Assembly (NCBI GenBank): GCA_036172245.1
Contig: JAYWIR010000010.1
Coordinates: 744,001-808,000, forward strand
DNA length: 64,000 nucleotides
From: Raillietiella orientalis
Lineage: Eukaryota
Direction: 5' to 3'
The notes below the pieces were generated by a model that saw only the letters and a list, made by a program, of their open reading frames with translations, was not told the DNA's origin and ran no database searches. A program made the position numbers and the translations under genes. Shown here one piece after another: positions 48,000 to 59,001 of this stretch. The first letter of the stretch is position 1. Each line of letters begins with the position of its first letter.

Positions 48000-50300
48000 G
48001 TATGTCGTTAAGAGTACACGAATTGGAGGGCCTTCCGTGCATTCACGACGGAAATCTGTTACACAAGTATGCAGTCCTCAGCTGATAACACAATCCGTTC
48101 GTTCCCATTATCGGATGTTATTGCTGGTAGCGCGTACAGCGTCGGAATTGACTTAATGTAACCGAAAAGGGAAACAACCTGAAACTCGAAATCAGTGCTG
48201 TGACTGCCAGAAGTGGTCCTGTTGCCAGCAACCCTTAAGTGCACTTGGCTGCTGGAAGAATAACGGGGAGGTTCCCTTTGCACGAAATGGGGTGGAAAAG
48301 ATTGGTTGTAACGAGAATTCCGTCGACGACAAATCAAAAAACTAAGGTGAAAATCAGGTTGTTTGCACAGAGATTGCAGTTTGTTTTTCGGTAACTGCTG
48401 AAAGAGGAAACCAGGAATCCGATAAGGAGTGAATCGGCATGGCAGTAATAGCAGTCAGTCGTGCGAAACGACTTTTATTACCATTTTCAGATTTGCATCG
48501 GTATTCGGGCTCTGATTTTTCCAACTTTGAATGCGAAATCGGAAAGAATTCAGTTCGCTCTGAGGCTGATGTTGAAGTGGATGGGCAGACGTTCGTTTTT
48601 GCCCATTCCGGAATTTGGTCAATGGAAACGGCGTCGTTGTTGGTTTTAGAAAAGCAGGACTGTGCCCCACCCAAGTCGGTTGCCGGTGGCAAACTTCCAA
48701 GCGGCAAGACGGCATGCTCGCGCCCCTCCTCGCGCGTGTCCTGCGGATTCCCTGGGCATCCCGCCGTTATTGGGAGCCGGCAAAAGAGTAAATCGTTCCG
48801 TGATGACTCCAGTTTCCAGAATTCGGAAGGATTAGAGGTCATCCGCTTTCGCAGGCGCGGTGTCTTCGCGGTTCGCCTGGAGTCTTCGGAGCATTACTTG
48901 GCTTTCCCCCAACCTCTTGAACGTATGGAATTCTTGCAGGAGAGCAACGATTCTTTCCTCAAGTTCTTCAGGAGTGCGTGAGCGTCATTGCCTTTTGACA
49001 TGCCGTTGTCAATCCAGTCGGTTGTCAATCCAGGGAGATTGGTAGTGGGCGTGGGGGGTTGCGTCAGGAAGCATGGGTTGTCTTCCCCCTCCCCCAACTT
49101 GGTCACGGCGAACTGTGAGGCGCTTCGGAGACGCTCCCGGCCTCTTGAATTTCGGCTTGCGGGTCAGTCCACTCCGGTTTTCAACCCACATCTAGCCGTA
49201 CTCAGCGATGTCCAGCCACGTCGATGCTCGAGTTGGAAATTCTTTGGAAACTGCGCTGAAAGGGTTTTTTTTCCAGCACTCGGATTGCTCGTAGTGCCCA
49301 GCGAACCGCTGGTCAGCTGACCAAGAACCGCCGATGTTGACTCTTCGCTCTCGAACGTCAACAGGCGCTTTGCGGACGATCCCCCGAAAAAGTTCCAAGA
49401 GTTGCGACCAAAGTCCCGTGAATGAAAAGGGAAAGAAGAAAAACACACACTATTTTTTTTCTTTCTCTTCCAGTCGATGGAATTCTTTATAGAGTGTTTT
49501 CCTTTCTGCCTCGGGTTGTTGAAAAGAATGAAAGTATCCGTTGCTTTGTGAGTGAATTTGGAGGACATGCGGCTCGGCGAGCACCAAGCATCTCTCTTGC
49601 GGATTTCGATTCGAAGTTCACCTTGGAACGGATTCGGGAAGGAAGCGGAGGCACACGAGGTGGTCACTGCGAGCCACGAGTAAAGTGATCTTCGAGTTTG
49701 CCTGCTTCGGGACCTTTCCGTTCGGTTCAAGTATTCTCTGCTACTCACTCGGGTCAGCATGCGAAAGTCGCCTCGGGATCCAATCTTTCTGGGAGATCCG
49801 TGGACCGGCTTGCAGGCTCTGCTGCTGTGGAAGATAAATTTCGACTTCCGGCTTTCCGACCACGATCGGGCGTGGTTCCGACCGCATGGGAATTCGCTGT
49901 TTGCGTTCCGTGCAACGTCTGAGGCAGTTTGAAAGTTGTCGTGTTGAATTTCCTTGGGTCTTTGGTTCTCGGGCACACCTCAATCCTACTTTTTCGTGTT
50001 GTGCGGTGGTGTGTTTCAATTGAAGGCCTTCGGAGCGATTTCGATGCAGCATCTCGACAGTACCCGTGTCTGCTTTGATCTCGGACGGCCATGAATAAAA
50101 TGTAGCTTCCTTTACAGGTCTTCTCTTTTTTAGCCTTTCTGAAGCTCCCATCCGACAGAGCACCATATGGGTCGACGTGTCTTTGGCATATTTTATTACG
50201 GATCTCGAATCTTGTAGTTGCTATGGGTGCTTCGTACCGCTTCACGAAATGACTTTGGTATGTGTTGGGGCTTTTCTGCCAAGTGGTGGGTTTGAACGAC
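48000..50300 (-). mobile_element. Decayed LINE (CR1/L2/RTE-like)
   Basis: NPSEFWKL and SKTNNDAVSIDQIPEWAK resemble NP..FWK and K.NKA.G.D.I..E.LK; further degenerate RT-like segments follow. Confidence 0.45.
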
Positions 50301-52491
50301 GGTGTTCTCTTCTCAGAGCAGGAGGAGGAGGTTTGGGTTAAAGCGTGCCCGTAGGCAGAGGTGGTTAAAAATCCACGTACGCCACGTAGTGCGTTTCCGA
50401 GTCAAATCTTGTCCACCGTGTAAGGAAGTAGTAAATGATCTTTAATCAGTCAGACTTTTGGCCCTGTCTTTTACTTGTGGCTTTAGCAATGGAAGTTCTG
50501 TGCAGCTTACTTAAGGTTCCATGGCATCCATTGCTAAGCGCATCAGCTCCGTGGTTTTGTTCCTTTCACGAATACCAGCTGCGAAACTTTGGCTTTCCAT
50601 CAATAGGTCGACCATCTGTAAATAAAAATGCCCGTTTTTTTCAAGTGTTTTCGTGTTTCTTCCGATTCAGCTATTTCCACCTACGTCCGTTTGAGCAAAT
50701 TCGCAACTTAATCATATCATTGCCAATCTCTTGCATCATACAAAGAAATGTAGATTCTGAATAAAAACGCATTCTATATTAGATCTGCACGTTACAATTT
50801 TTTTGGTTTTTTTTTTTTCCGGGAAAAAAGGATTCATCTGAAAAAGTTCCCAGAGGTATAGGACAAGTAGTTGGCAATCATTCTACACTCCGGTATGACA
50901 CTCTTCAAGCCCTGCAGATCTTCTGCGTACAGTGAGTGCTTCGGGTGCAATGTCGTAGGTTGGGTTTTTAAAAGCCCCCACACCAGATTCTTGCGATCTG
51001 AGCTTGGGAAGGAAGAGTAATGCAAATCTTTTCGTGCTGGCATCGGCGGAGCTTTCGTTCCGCCCGGTTGATACGACCGCAACAAAAAAAAAAAAAAGCA
51101 ACTCTCCTGGAATGGTGGAAACGCTGCCGAAGACTCGGCTTTGTCTCCGATTGGTATCTGATTCCTTCCTCCCGTCCATTCCCTGCATGGAAAACATTCG
51201 CTTGCCATCTAAAAATCACGAACCGCAAGGGGTCCAATTGCGTCGCGTCTTATTCGTGGTTCTTTTTTCCGGGGGCCATCTGACTGAGATGCGATTCGGT
51301 ATTCGCTTGTCCTTGGAGGATGTCGGGGCTCCTGGCTTAGGCGGTCAATTGCCAAACTGAGATGGGAAAATCCTCATTTCACCACCTGGACCAGCAAACA
51401 CGATTCGTAGCAGCGGATTGATGGGCTGTTTGCATTTTCATTACCGCTTCATTGCTTTTCTCATCATCATCACGTTGAATGTCTTTACGGCATTCATTAC
51501 CACCATTGTTCTCCTCATATCAGCAATTCCGTCGCATCTCGTGGTGTAATAGCATGTGGACGTCCATACTTACAAGAATCGAATTCAGCGTGTTTTCTGA
51601 TTCTACCCTGAGCAGCATTCTCCTCTTCTGCATGGACCAGGAGATTTAGCCGCTCTGAATTCCAGGCGCCTCTTTTCAAACAAGTTCTCACAAGAACTTC
51701 TTGGCACCTGACGAACCGACACACACACACGGAAATCCAATAGGATTCATTTTCGTTCTTAAGATCGAAAATCTTAGCTTTCCGCAGCAACACGAATCTG
51801 AACTTTGCATCGCCCATCCGAGTGAGGCTTTATGAGCTCCGAAGGCTCACGGATTCCCGCTGAAGACAGTGCTCGTTTGGGACCATTCGTTTCCTTGGTC
51901 TGTTTCATGCATCTGTTCGGTCCTACCCACGGCTCAGGGGTGTGGGCGCTTGCCTCGCCGTTCGCCGTCCACGGCACGTCCGAGCATGCAGACTCGACCA
52001 CCCAACCTTTTATTTTGCCACCGTCCTGGAGAACTGAGTTCAATCCCGACTCGGCGCGAACGGTTTTTTCCTTCGTCGCTTGCGGGGGGGGGGGGGGAGT
52101 TCGTCTGGTTGTCCAGTGACAGCAGCGAGGAAATCCGCGTCATCTTGTTCCCCGCCCCGAAAGCTCCCTCTCCCCCCTTGGTGACACTTTTTTCCCTGAT
52201 GGCAAGAATTTTGCTGCCCTGCTTCGAAAACTGCCGTGGGCCATCCTCGCCGGAAGCGTCCCAGTTCCCCTACCAGCGGCCATCCCCTATCTGCAACACT
52301 CGGGTTTCCGTGCTTTGACGCGCTCAGTAATCTACAAAAAGGTGGTGGCATGCCTACCAGTGCCTGAGCACCTGAAAGCGCAAGTAGGCATTTTTTTTTT
52401 TTTTTTTTTTCAACACGGGCATCTGCCGTTTCGAAGCAGCCTTAGATTTTGAAAGGAAAACTGTGAAGCAATAGAATTCGTAGTGATTTAC

Positions 52492-52608
52492 TTTCAGCTG
52501 CTCCGTATCTGTTGCGTTCCTTAGGGACTGGATGCCTTGCCTCAAATCCTCCTGCTGAGTCTCTTCATCGGAAATTGATTTCATCAGATTTCTCTCGTTG
52601 CTCTTCGC
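52492..52608 (-). CDS. Isolated candidate internal exon AKSNERNLMKSISDEETQQEDLRQGIQSLRNATDTEQLK (coiled-coil-like)
   Basis: Acceptor TATTTTCCATTAG, donor AAA|GTAAAT, 117 nt phase 0-0, helical E/Q/K/L composition. Confidence 0.45.
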
Positions 52609-52724
52609 CTAATGGAAAATAAGATCATTCGTCAGCTCTGCTTGTATCGTAGGAAAGGAACGTCATTTTTGCATCGTTCTTAGCTATTCATTCTTGAGTG
52701 CTGCTCAAGTACCACGTTATTTGC

Positions 52725-52793
52725 ATCTGTTTAACACGTGCACGCCGGGGTGTACACGAATGGCATCTCATCGGGCGGCATGTACAAACAGAT
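52725..52793 (+). other. About 70-nt stem-loop, pre-miRNA-sized candidate
   Basis: Pairings ATCTGTTT/AAACAGAT, ACGTGC/GCATGT, CGCC/GGCG and GGGGTGT/GCATCTC, with G:U wobbles on the + strand. Confidence 0.3.
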
Positions 52794-54586
52794 CGAATCA
52801 CTTTTGCCAGTGTTTTTTTTTAAAAAAAATAAAATAAAAATCAATGCAGAGTCTATAAATGAACGAAAACTAGATGGTTGCTTGATTTTAAACAATTCTT
52901 TTTAATATACATAAGAATTAATAAACATATATATATGTATATATATGAAATACATGCTGATTTCAAACGAATATGTTGAAAAAAAAAAAACAAAATCCAG
53001 ATGAGGAGAGCTGCTGAGCTCCAGTAGAACCAGCGGAGCGGAGACCTTGGAAGAAACAGCAAGGAATGTTTTCTGTTTTGATGTCGTCCTACATTGACGA
53101 AGAAGAACACGTGAGCCACACAACATCATGTGATTTTTTATCCAAATCGGCCCCGTCCGGTGAAGAAGAAAGCCAGTAAACAGCGGAGACGCCCTACCGC
53201 GAGACTATGAATTATGGGGCCCAGGCGTGAACGTGTCAAATCTACACACACAGTACATAGCCGTGCAGGAACATGGGCCCTCTGCCCTTTGGTGGATCCA
53301 AAAAAAGCGCTGCGGTCCAGCGGTGGCTCGTTTTTGCATCTTGGCATCAGCTAGAGAATCAAGTCCGAGGCACCTTTCGGTAAGGAAGGTGCGTTCCATC
53401 CTGGGTGGCTTCCTTGGGAGAGCACACATCCAGGATGCTTGCGTGACACAGCATTGGCATGCTCCTCTGTTGGAGTCTGTGAGGATTTCAGGAGCACTTT
53501 ATATGAATGCAGCGGCATGGCATTCCATCCTGTTCTCAACCCCCCCCTAATGCTCCCTCGCATACCCTTTCAAATGTCGGAGTTTCCTTATTTTCGTGGG
53601 CACCACTCCTCTCGAAACACAAATCCATTCCGATTTCCTAAACCTGAATAAGCAGAATCATTCTGCTGTCTTCGATGGCCCTCCTTCATCAACTCATTGC
53701 CATATTTGGGAGCTTTCTTCATGGCAGTTCTAAAACAACCCAGGATTTCGCCCGCATGCTCACCAGGGCTGCCAAACCTCGAGTGCAGTTATTGATTCAA
53801 AACCATTGCTCCCGTCCGTAAAGTTCAAAGCGCCGCAACCCCCCTTCGATTCAAGATTCCTCGTCGTATTCGTCTTAGTTGAGAACTTAACGAGCACGTT
53901 TCCTTGACTACTTGGTGTATGAGCCGGGATGCACCGTACCGCGCTTCGGCGTGGAGACGTCCGTCAGTCGTTTCCTAGTTACGCTCGTCTGCACCCATTT
54001 TAAAGAAATGAGCCAGCAGCTTCAAATCTTCCTAGTAGGGGATCATCATCATCTATTCAACTGCGATTGCATTTCTCGCTCTTGTCCCATATCGCTTTTC
54101 TTCTTGAAAGTTGTTTTAGCCATTTTATTTCATGTGCATCGTGTAGTTTGTAGATAATTCTTTGTAGATAATTTTCTTCATCAGCCACCAGCTGAATTGA
54201 AGACTGTAAAGAATCATTTATGGGAACGAAATACAGAGACTGCATTTGACTACTTTTTCTCCCTTCTCCCTCTTTCTCTTTCTCTCTTTTTTCGTTTTTA
54301 CCTCGTAAGAAGTCAGAAAGGAGAGGAAGAAGGAAAAAAAATCGAATTCTTCTTGAGGGGGAAATTCTTACATTTTCCTTTCCCTTTTTTCCAGAGAGAC
54401 GATAGAGGAATTGAAGTGAGAAAAACGTTAGAGACCTTTCCTCTTCCTTCTGTGGCATTTCTTTGGTCTCATTTCGGGCAGCTTTCGGTTTACTGTTTTA
54501 GGGCAAAGTTCCCCTTCCTCTCTGCTTTCTGTGTTTATTCATTTTAATCCTCCCATCATAATCCTCCGCCCCTACCGCAGTATGGC

Positions 54587-54589
<3 letters not shown>

Positions 54590-54632
<43 letters not shown>
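54590..54632. repeat. (TG)n microsatellite
   Basis: About 21 TG units, directly visible. Confidence 0.97.
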
Positions 54633-54635
<3 letters not shown>

Positions 54636-54899
54636 AGGGGAGGGGGGGAGGGAAACGGCCCCATATTCTTCAGTCCACCCAGTCTTAAGCAAAAGCAGCA
54701 GATATTCCCGTTTGCTAAGGACAGGCCATGCTTTGACAGAAAAATCTGGCTGTGGTGACAAAAGCACGCATGCATTGCAAGCCTGGAGGAAGCAGACTCA
54801 TTTCGAAACCTGGCTTATTAACTTGTGTTTTTTTGTCGAAGGTACCATCCATGAGGAATACTATTTTTGCTTAGATGTTTATGGTTATGTTCAAAATTC

Positions 54900-57780
54900 G
54901 ACTCCATCTGGATCTCTGTGCCTTTGCATCAGGGGCAGTTTAGAAATCGCAAGGATCTTTGCTTACCTCCAGGCAACACCTGATGCACATGTAGCATATG
55001 AGGAAGAGGAGCACATGGGACGTGAAAGGCATCACTACTGCTGCCACGCAGCCGAGTGCACAGATCGAGGCAAAACTGAATTTATGTAAGAGGCCAGCTT
55101 CCATAATGTGGAGGAGACCATGATGAATTGTTTTCTTTATCCACTTTCTAAACACCATCTCGTCTAGCGATCGAGGTGGTGGAACTCTGGACATATTCCC
55201 AACTTCTCCCAATCCTTTTTTTCTTTCTTTTCAACTACTAATTTTCGACTGTTGCCAATTTGGCAATGTGTAATTCAACTGGTTGTCATGGTGACCCTGG
55301 AATGAAAACTCCATCGGAAGAAGAGTGCACATCGAAGTGAATTTTCATTCACTTCAACAGCAAGCCATGGAATGTATGCACGGACACTCCCCAGCATTAA
55401 ATCAAAACACGAATGGGGACACAACAGTGCTTCAAGACCTGAGTCAAGTTTTGCATCAGCACTGCTTTACACTTCACATCCAACAAGGATGCCTGAAGCG
55501 TTCCGCAGCGCCTTAGATAATCAGTGACCAAAAGAAGATATGGCATCTTAGATGGCTGATGATTCGTGAGAGGGATAATAGAAGACCCTAAGTTCAGGTC
55601 AATCCAGTACTCGAATCCAATAGACAGATCTGTTGCCACGGTATTTCTTATTGGTCTGCATTCAGGTAGCGGTGACGAGTTTCTCATAAAGGCACTTTCC
55701 CTTTGCCGAGAGATAAAGTCTGAATCCACTGATATGTGATATCGCCGTTGTCATATTTCCGTGATTCCATTTTTCAATCTCTGCAGCAGCAAAGGGAAAC
55801 GTTATCAAAGTGTTGCAAGCTCGTTGACCACGCACCGGAATTATCTGAGAGACTTGAGACATGCTACTAGGAAGAACACCACAGTTCGTACGAAATTACC
55901 TGTCTTTTCCAAAAAAGAAAAAACCTCTTAGAATAAACCAGAAGCTCTAAATGCATTAACATGCCGCCCCGAGATTGCATGCTTAATGCTACCTTGCACG
56001 ATTTCAGAGATTCACTGGGAACCATCCCCCTGGCTGGGATAACCATGCAATTCTTTGAAAGCATGACAGTAGTGCTACTAAGGTATTCAGAGTGTTTTTA
56101 GTACCCAAGTCATGCATAACTGCTTAAGGCAACATTTGGCCTGCAAAGTACAAAGTACACCTACCCACGCCAAGGGTACATGTGACATGGATAACTACTA
56201 GCATTTTTTCCCTATCATGCTTTGCAGTCGAGTGAGATCCCTGGTGCATCATGCAGCAGCCCACAAGAAAAACGCTGTCACGTGTGAAAGGATACATTCG
56301 AAATGTGTGCATCACAGTGCCTATGAGTGCATGCATGACCTCGACGGCGTTCCATAATTCATCAGCAGAAAATTCGTTCTGAGCCTGCTAAAAAAAAACG
56401 GCGAGCCCAAATTATAATCATATCAAATAATCTCCATGTTGTTTAGCACTCCCCTAAGACCCTACTGATTCAAAAATTTTGCCTCGGGTTATTCCTTGCT
56501 AAATACAAGTAGGGAACGAAATGTGCTGTGGATCGAGCCGGCCCCAACTAAAACGATGTGGAATTCATCGGTAAAACGAAGTATCACTATGCGTCTTCTC
56601 GTTCCTTTCCTCCTGAACGCCCTGTGGCTCCGTATTCCAGATCCCCAATGGCGAAACCCAGCCTTTACAGGAAGGCTGCATTGAAACTTTTGCCTCCCCT
56701 TGGAGAATGCACTGCTTCTGACGGGATCCTTTCACTTTGCATAGCCATTATTCATGCTTCCTCCCAGGAGAATTTCCCTACAGATGAACACTACATTCTT
56801 AGCAATTAATGTAATCGTATTCCAAAGAATGTTCTCTTTTTGAATGCAACATGGAATCGCCCACTTCAAAGACAGCTACTCTACCAAATCAATGATAATA
56901 ATAATTAGACATTCATTTCAAGTACTACAGCCATGCGTTCTCGCCTAAGCACATTGGTGAATGTCCCATTCCACATTTTCTTTTTTTTTTTGTAAAAAAA
57001 AAAAAAAAAAAAAAAAAAGAAGCCTAATCGTGGTTTCCACTGTTTGCTCACTTCCGCTGCTCCGCCTTCGCCCTCTGCTTTCTCACCAGACTTCCGTTTT
57101 CTCCAATGTGCTGACGGAACTGCATCGTCATGACACCCTGAAAGCGATCCAGATCGAATGAGACCAGGAACTACGTAACCTGGATCTCATAACCAGTTTT
57201 TCCAGATTGCTTTGTTCCTGGGATGAGCATATCCTTGCTTTGAATGGAGAGCTCTTTGTCGACACGCCAACACCGAGACACAGCACACGACGGGTAGTGT
57301 GGGAGTTCGGTCAAAGAATAGGGATCTTGGTGTAAGATTTCATTTACTTGGTTTCATCCTGGCGCCAGAGGAATATCGTGCTGCCATAGTAATCACCACC
57401 GCGGCACCCCTCCGGTTCAGTAAAGCCTCGGGGCAAGCGTCAGGCGCTGCAATGCATCCGCCCAACACGTCTTGGAATGGCTGGAAGATTTTGTCTCAGC
57501 ATTCAGTTTATCGTTCTCACACAGAGACGCCGCAGTCCAATCCGATTCGAATCGAAAGTTACATCCGCATACCACCCTGGCATCCCCCGTCCCCCATCCT
57601 CCGAACTGGATCCAGGACTCGGGAAAGCTTTCAAATGAGGAATCCACTCCTTCCCAGATGGTCAGAATGGAGCCGAACCGAATCTGCTGCTGCAAGCAAT
57701 GCTCGTAGCCCCCTTTCCCCCATGGCGATGCACACCCTCGATGGAGCACTCCATCTTCTAGCTAACGAGATTCCTCGTGT
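54900..57780 (-). mobile_element. Decayed CR1/L2-like LINE (APE + RT)
   Basis: VVCGCNFRFESDW (GDFN...DW), IIPVRGQR (PI.KKG), QRESAFMRNSS (Q.GF...RS), LLVTDYLRRCG (D..KAFD), KWIKK and GCVAAVVMPFTSHVLLFLICY (GVPQGSVLGP.LFL.Y), in the correct order. Confidence 0.5.
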
Positions 57781-59001
57781 GGTTGAAAACCATCGCTAAT
57801 CAGAAGAAGAAGAAGAAGGAAAGGCATCCTCTGCAACATTTTCACGCCTGCGGCTGCAGCCGCAGGTTGCGTCCCTGCACTCCGGATGGAACTCCTACGC
57901 TTCTCACGATTCCCACGTGAGTTTGCCAAGGCAACGCGAGGGCGTTTTGCTTGTGGAGTGGGGGTCCTCTCGAGATCTTGGATGCACGTCTGCCCTGGCA
58001 TATTTGCCCTTCTTCGCTTTGCCAGGTCGCCTCCCCCTCCCTTCCCCCCCCCCCCGCCGGTCCCCGTTTCAAAAACGCGAAGGGATCTTCGTCTGCCTTC
58101 CTTGATCCAAAAGGCTTGCTTTCCCGCCCTTCGCATGCTTTTGGATCTTTGTTTTCCATTTCAATCGATTCCTTCCACCGTCTGTGGTTTCAGCGAATTG
58201 CCTCCCCCCCTCTCCCCCCCCCCTCCTTGCGGGGGAGTTTCCGTATGCCGGAATCCATCCATTTCAGCCGTGGTATCCGATGTGGACGGCAGGACCACGG
58301 ACGAAAGCCTCGAATGTAATGCTTTCGATATTCCCATCGCACCGTTGAAAAGGTGTTTGGGAACCTCCCCGTGGGGAGGGGGTGTTTATTGATTGGGTGT
58401 GCCGTAAGTGTGCGGTGATGCTGGAAAGATGGGAGGAACTTGGGAGGAAGTTCCACGAATGCAGAAAAAACGCTTCCCATGGAATCGTTCCCAGATGTAA
58501 CATATTTGGAAACCCCAGCAGCCAGTTTCAATAAACGTAATGTGGTTGAAAAGGCCAAGAGTTCCCCTAATTACTTCGTAGGTGTGTTTCTTCAGTGAAA
58601 GGCATTTGTTTGTTTGTATGTGTGTGTGTGTGTGTGTGTTTTTTTTTTTTTTGGGTCCCCCTTCCCCCCCCCCCTTCCATATCTGCAAAGAGCAACGGGG
58701 AAGGGCAGACCAAGTAGCTTCACTACGAATGCCCCGTTCACGTCCCGGGCCAGTGTGAGGCATGAAACTATGTGAAATGGTTTCGAGCTTTCATTTTTCT
58801 CCAAAACTACTCATGCTTAAACAAGTGCTCATGTGAAATATGAATCACAACATTGAAGTATGGTGCCAGTTATTATGTTGTTTTAAAGTGCGTTGCGAAT
58901 GTACTTATTGTAAGTCAGGTTTGATTTATTCAGGTTTGTTTTATCAGCCATAAAAATTGATAGATTCAAGAATCAATCTGGAGAACTACATGGTTGACTG
59001 A

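Noticed and set aside
57060..57260. Two possible minus-strand exons separated by a 42-nt intron
   Set aside because: They lie within the inferred CR1-like remnant and have a weak donor; more likely transposon-derived.
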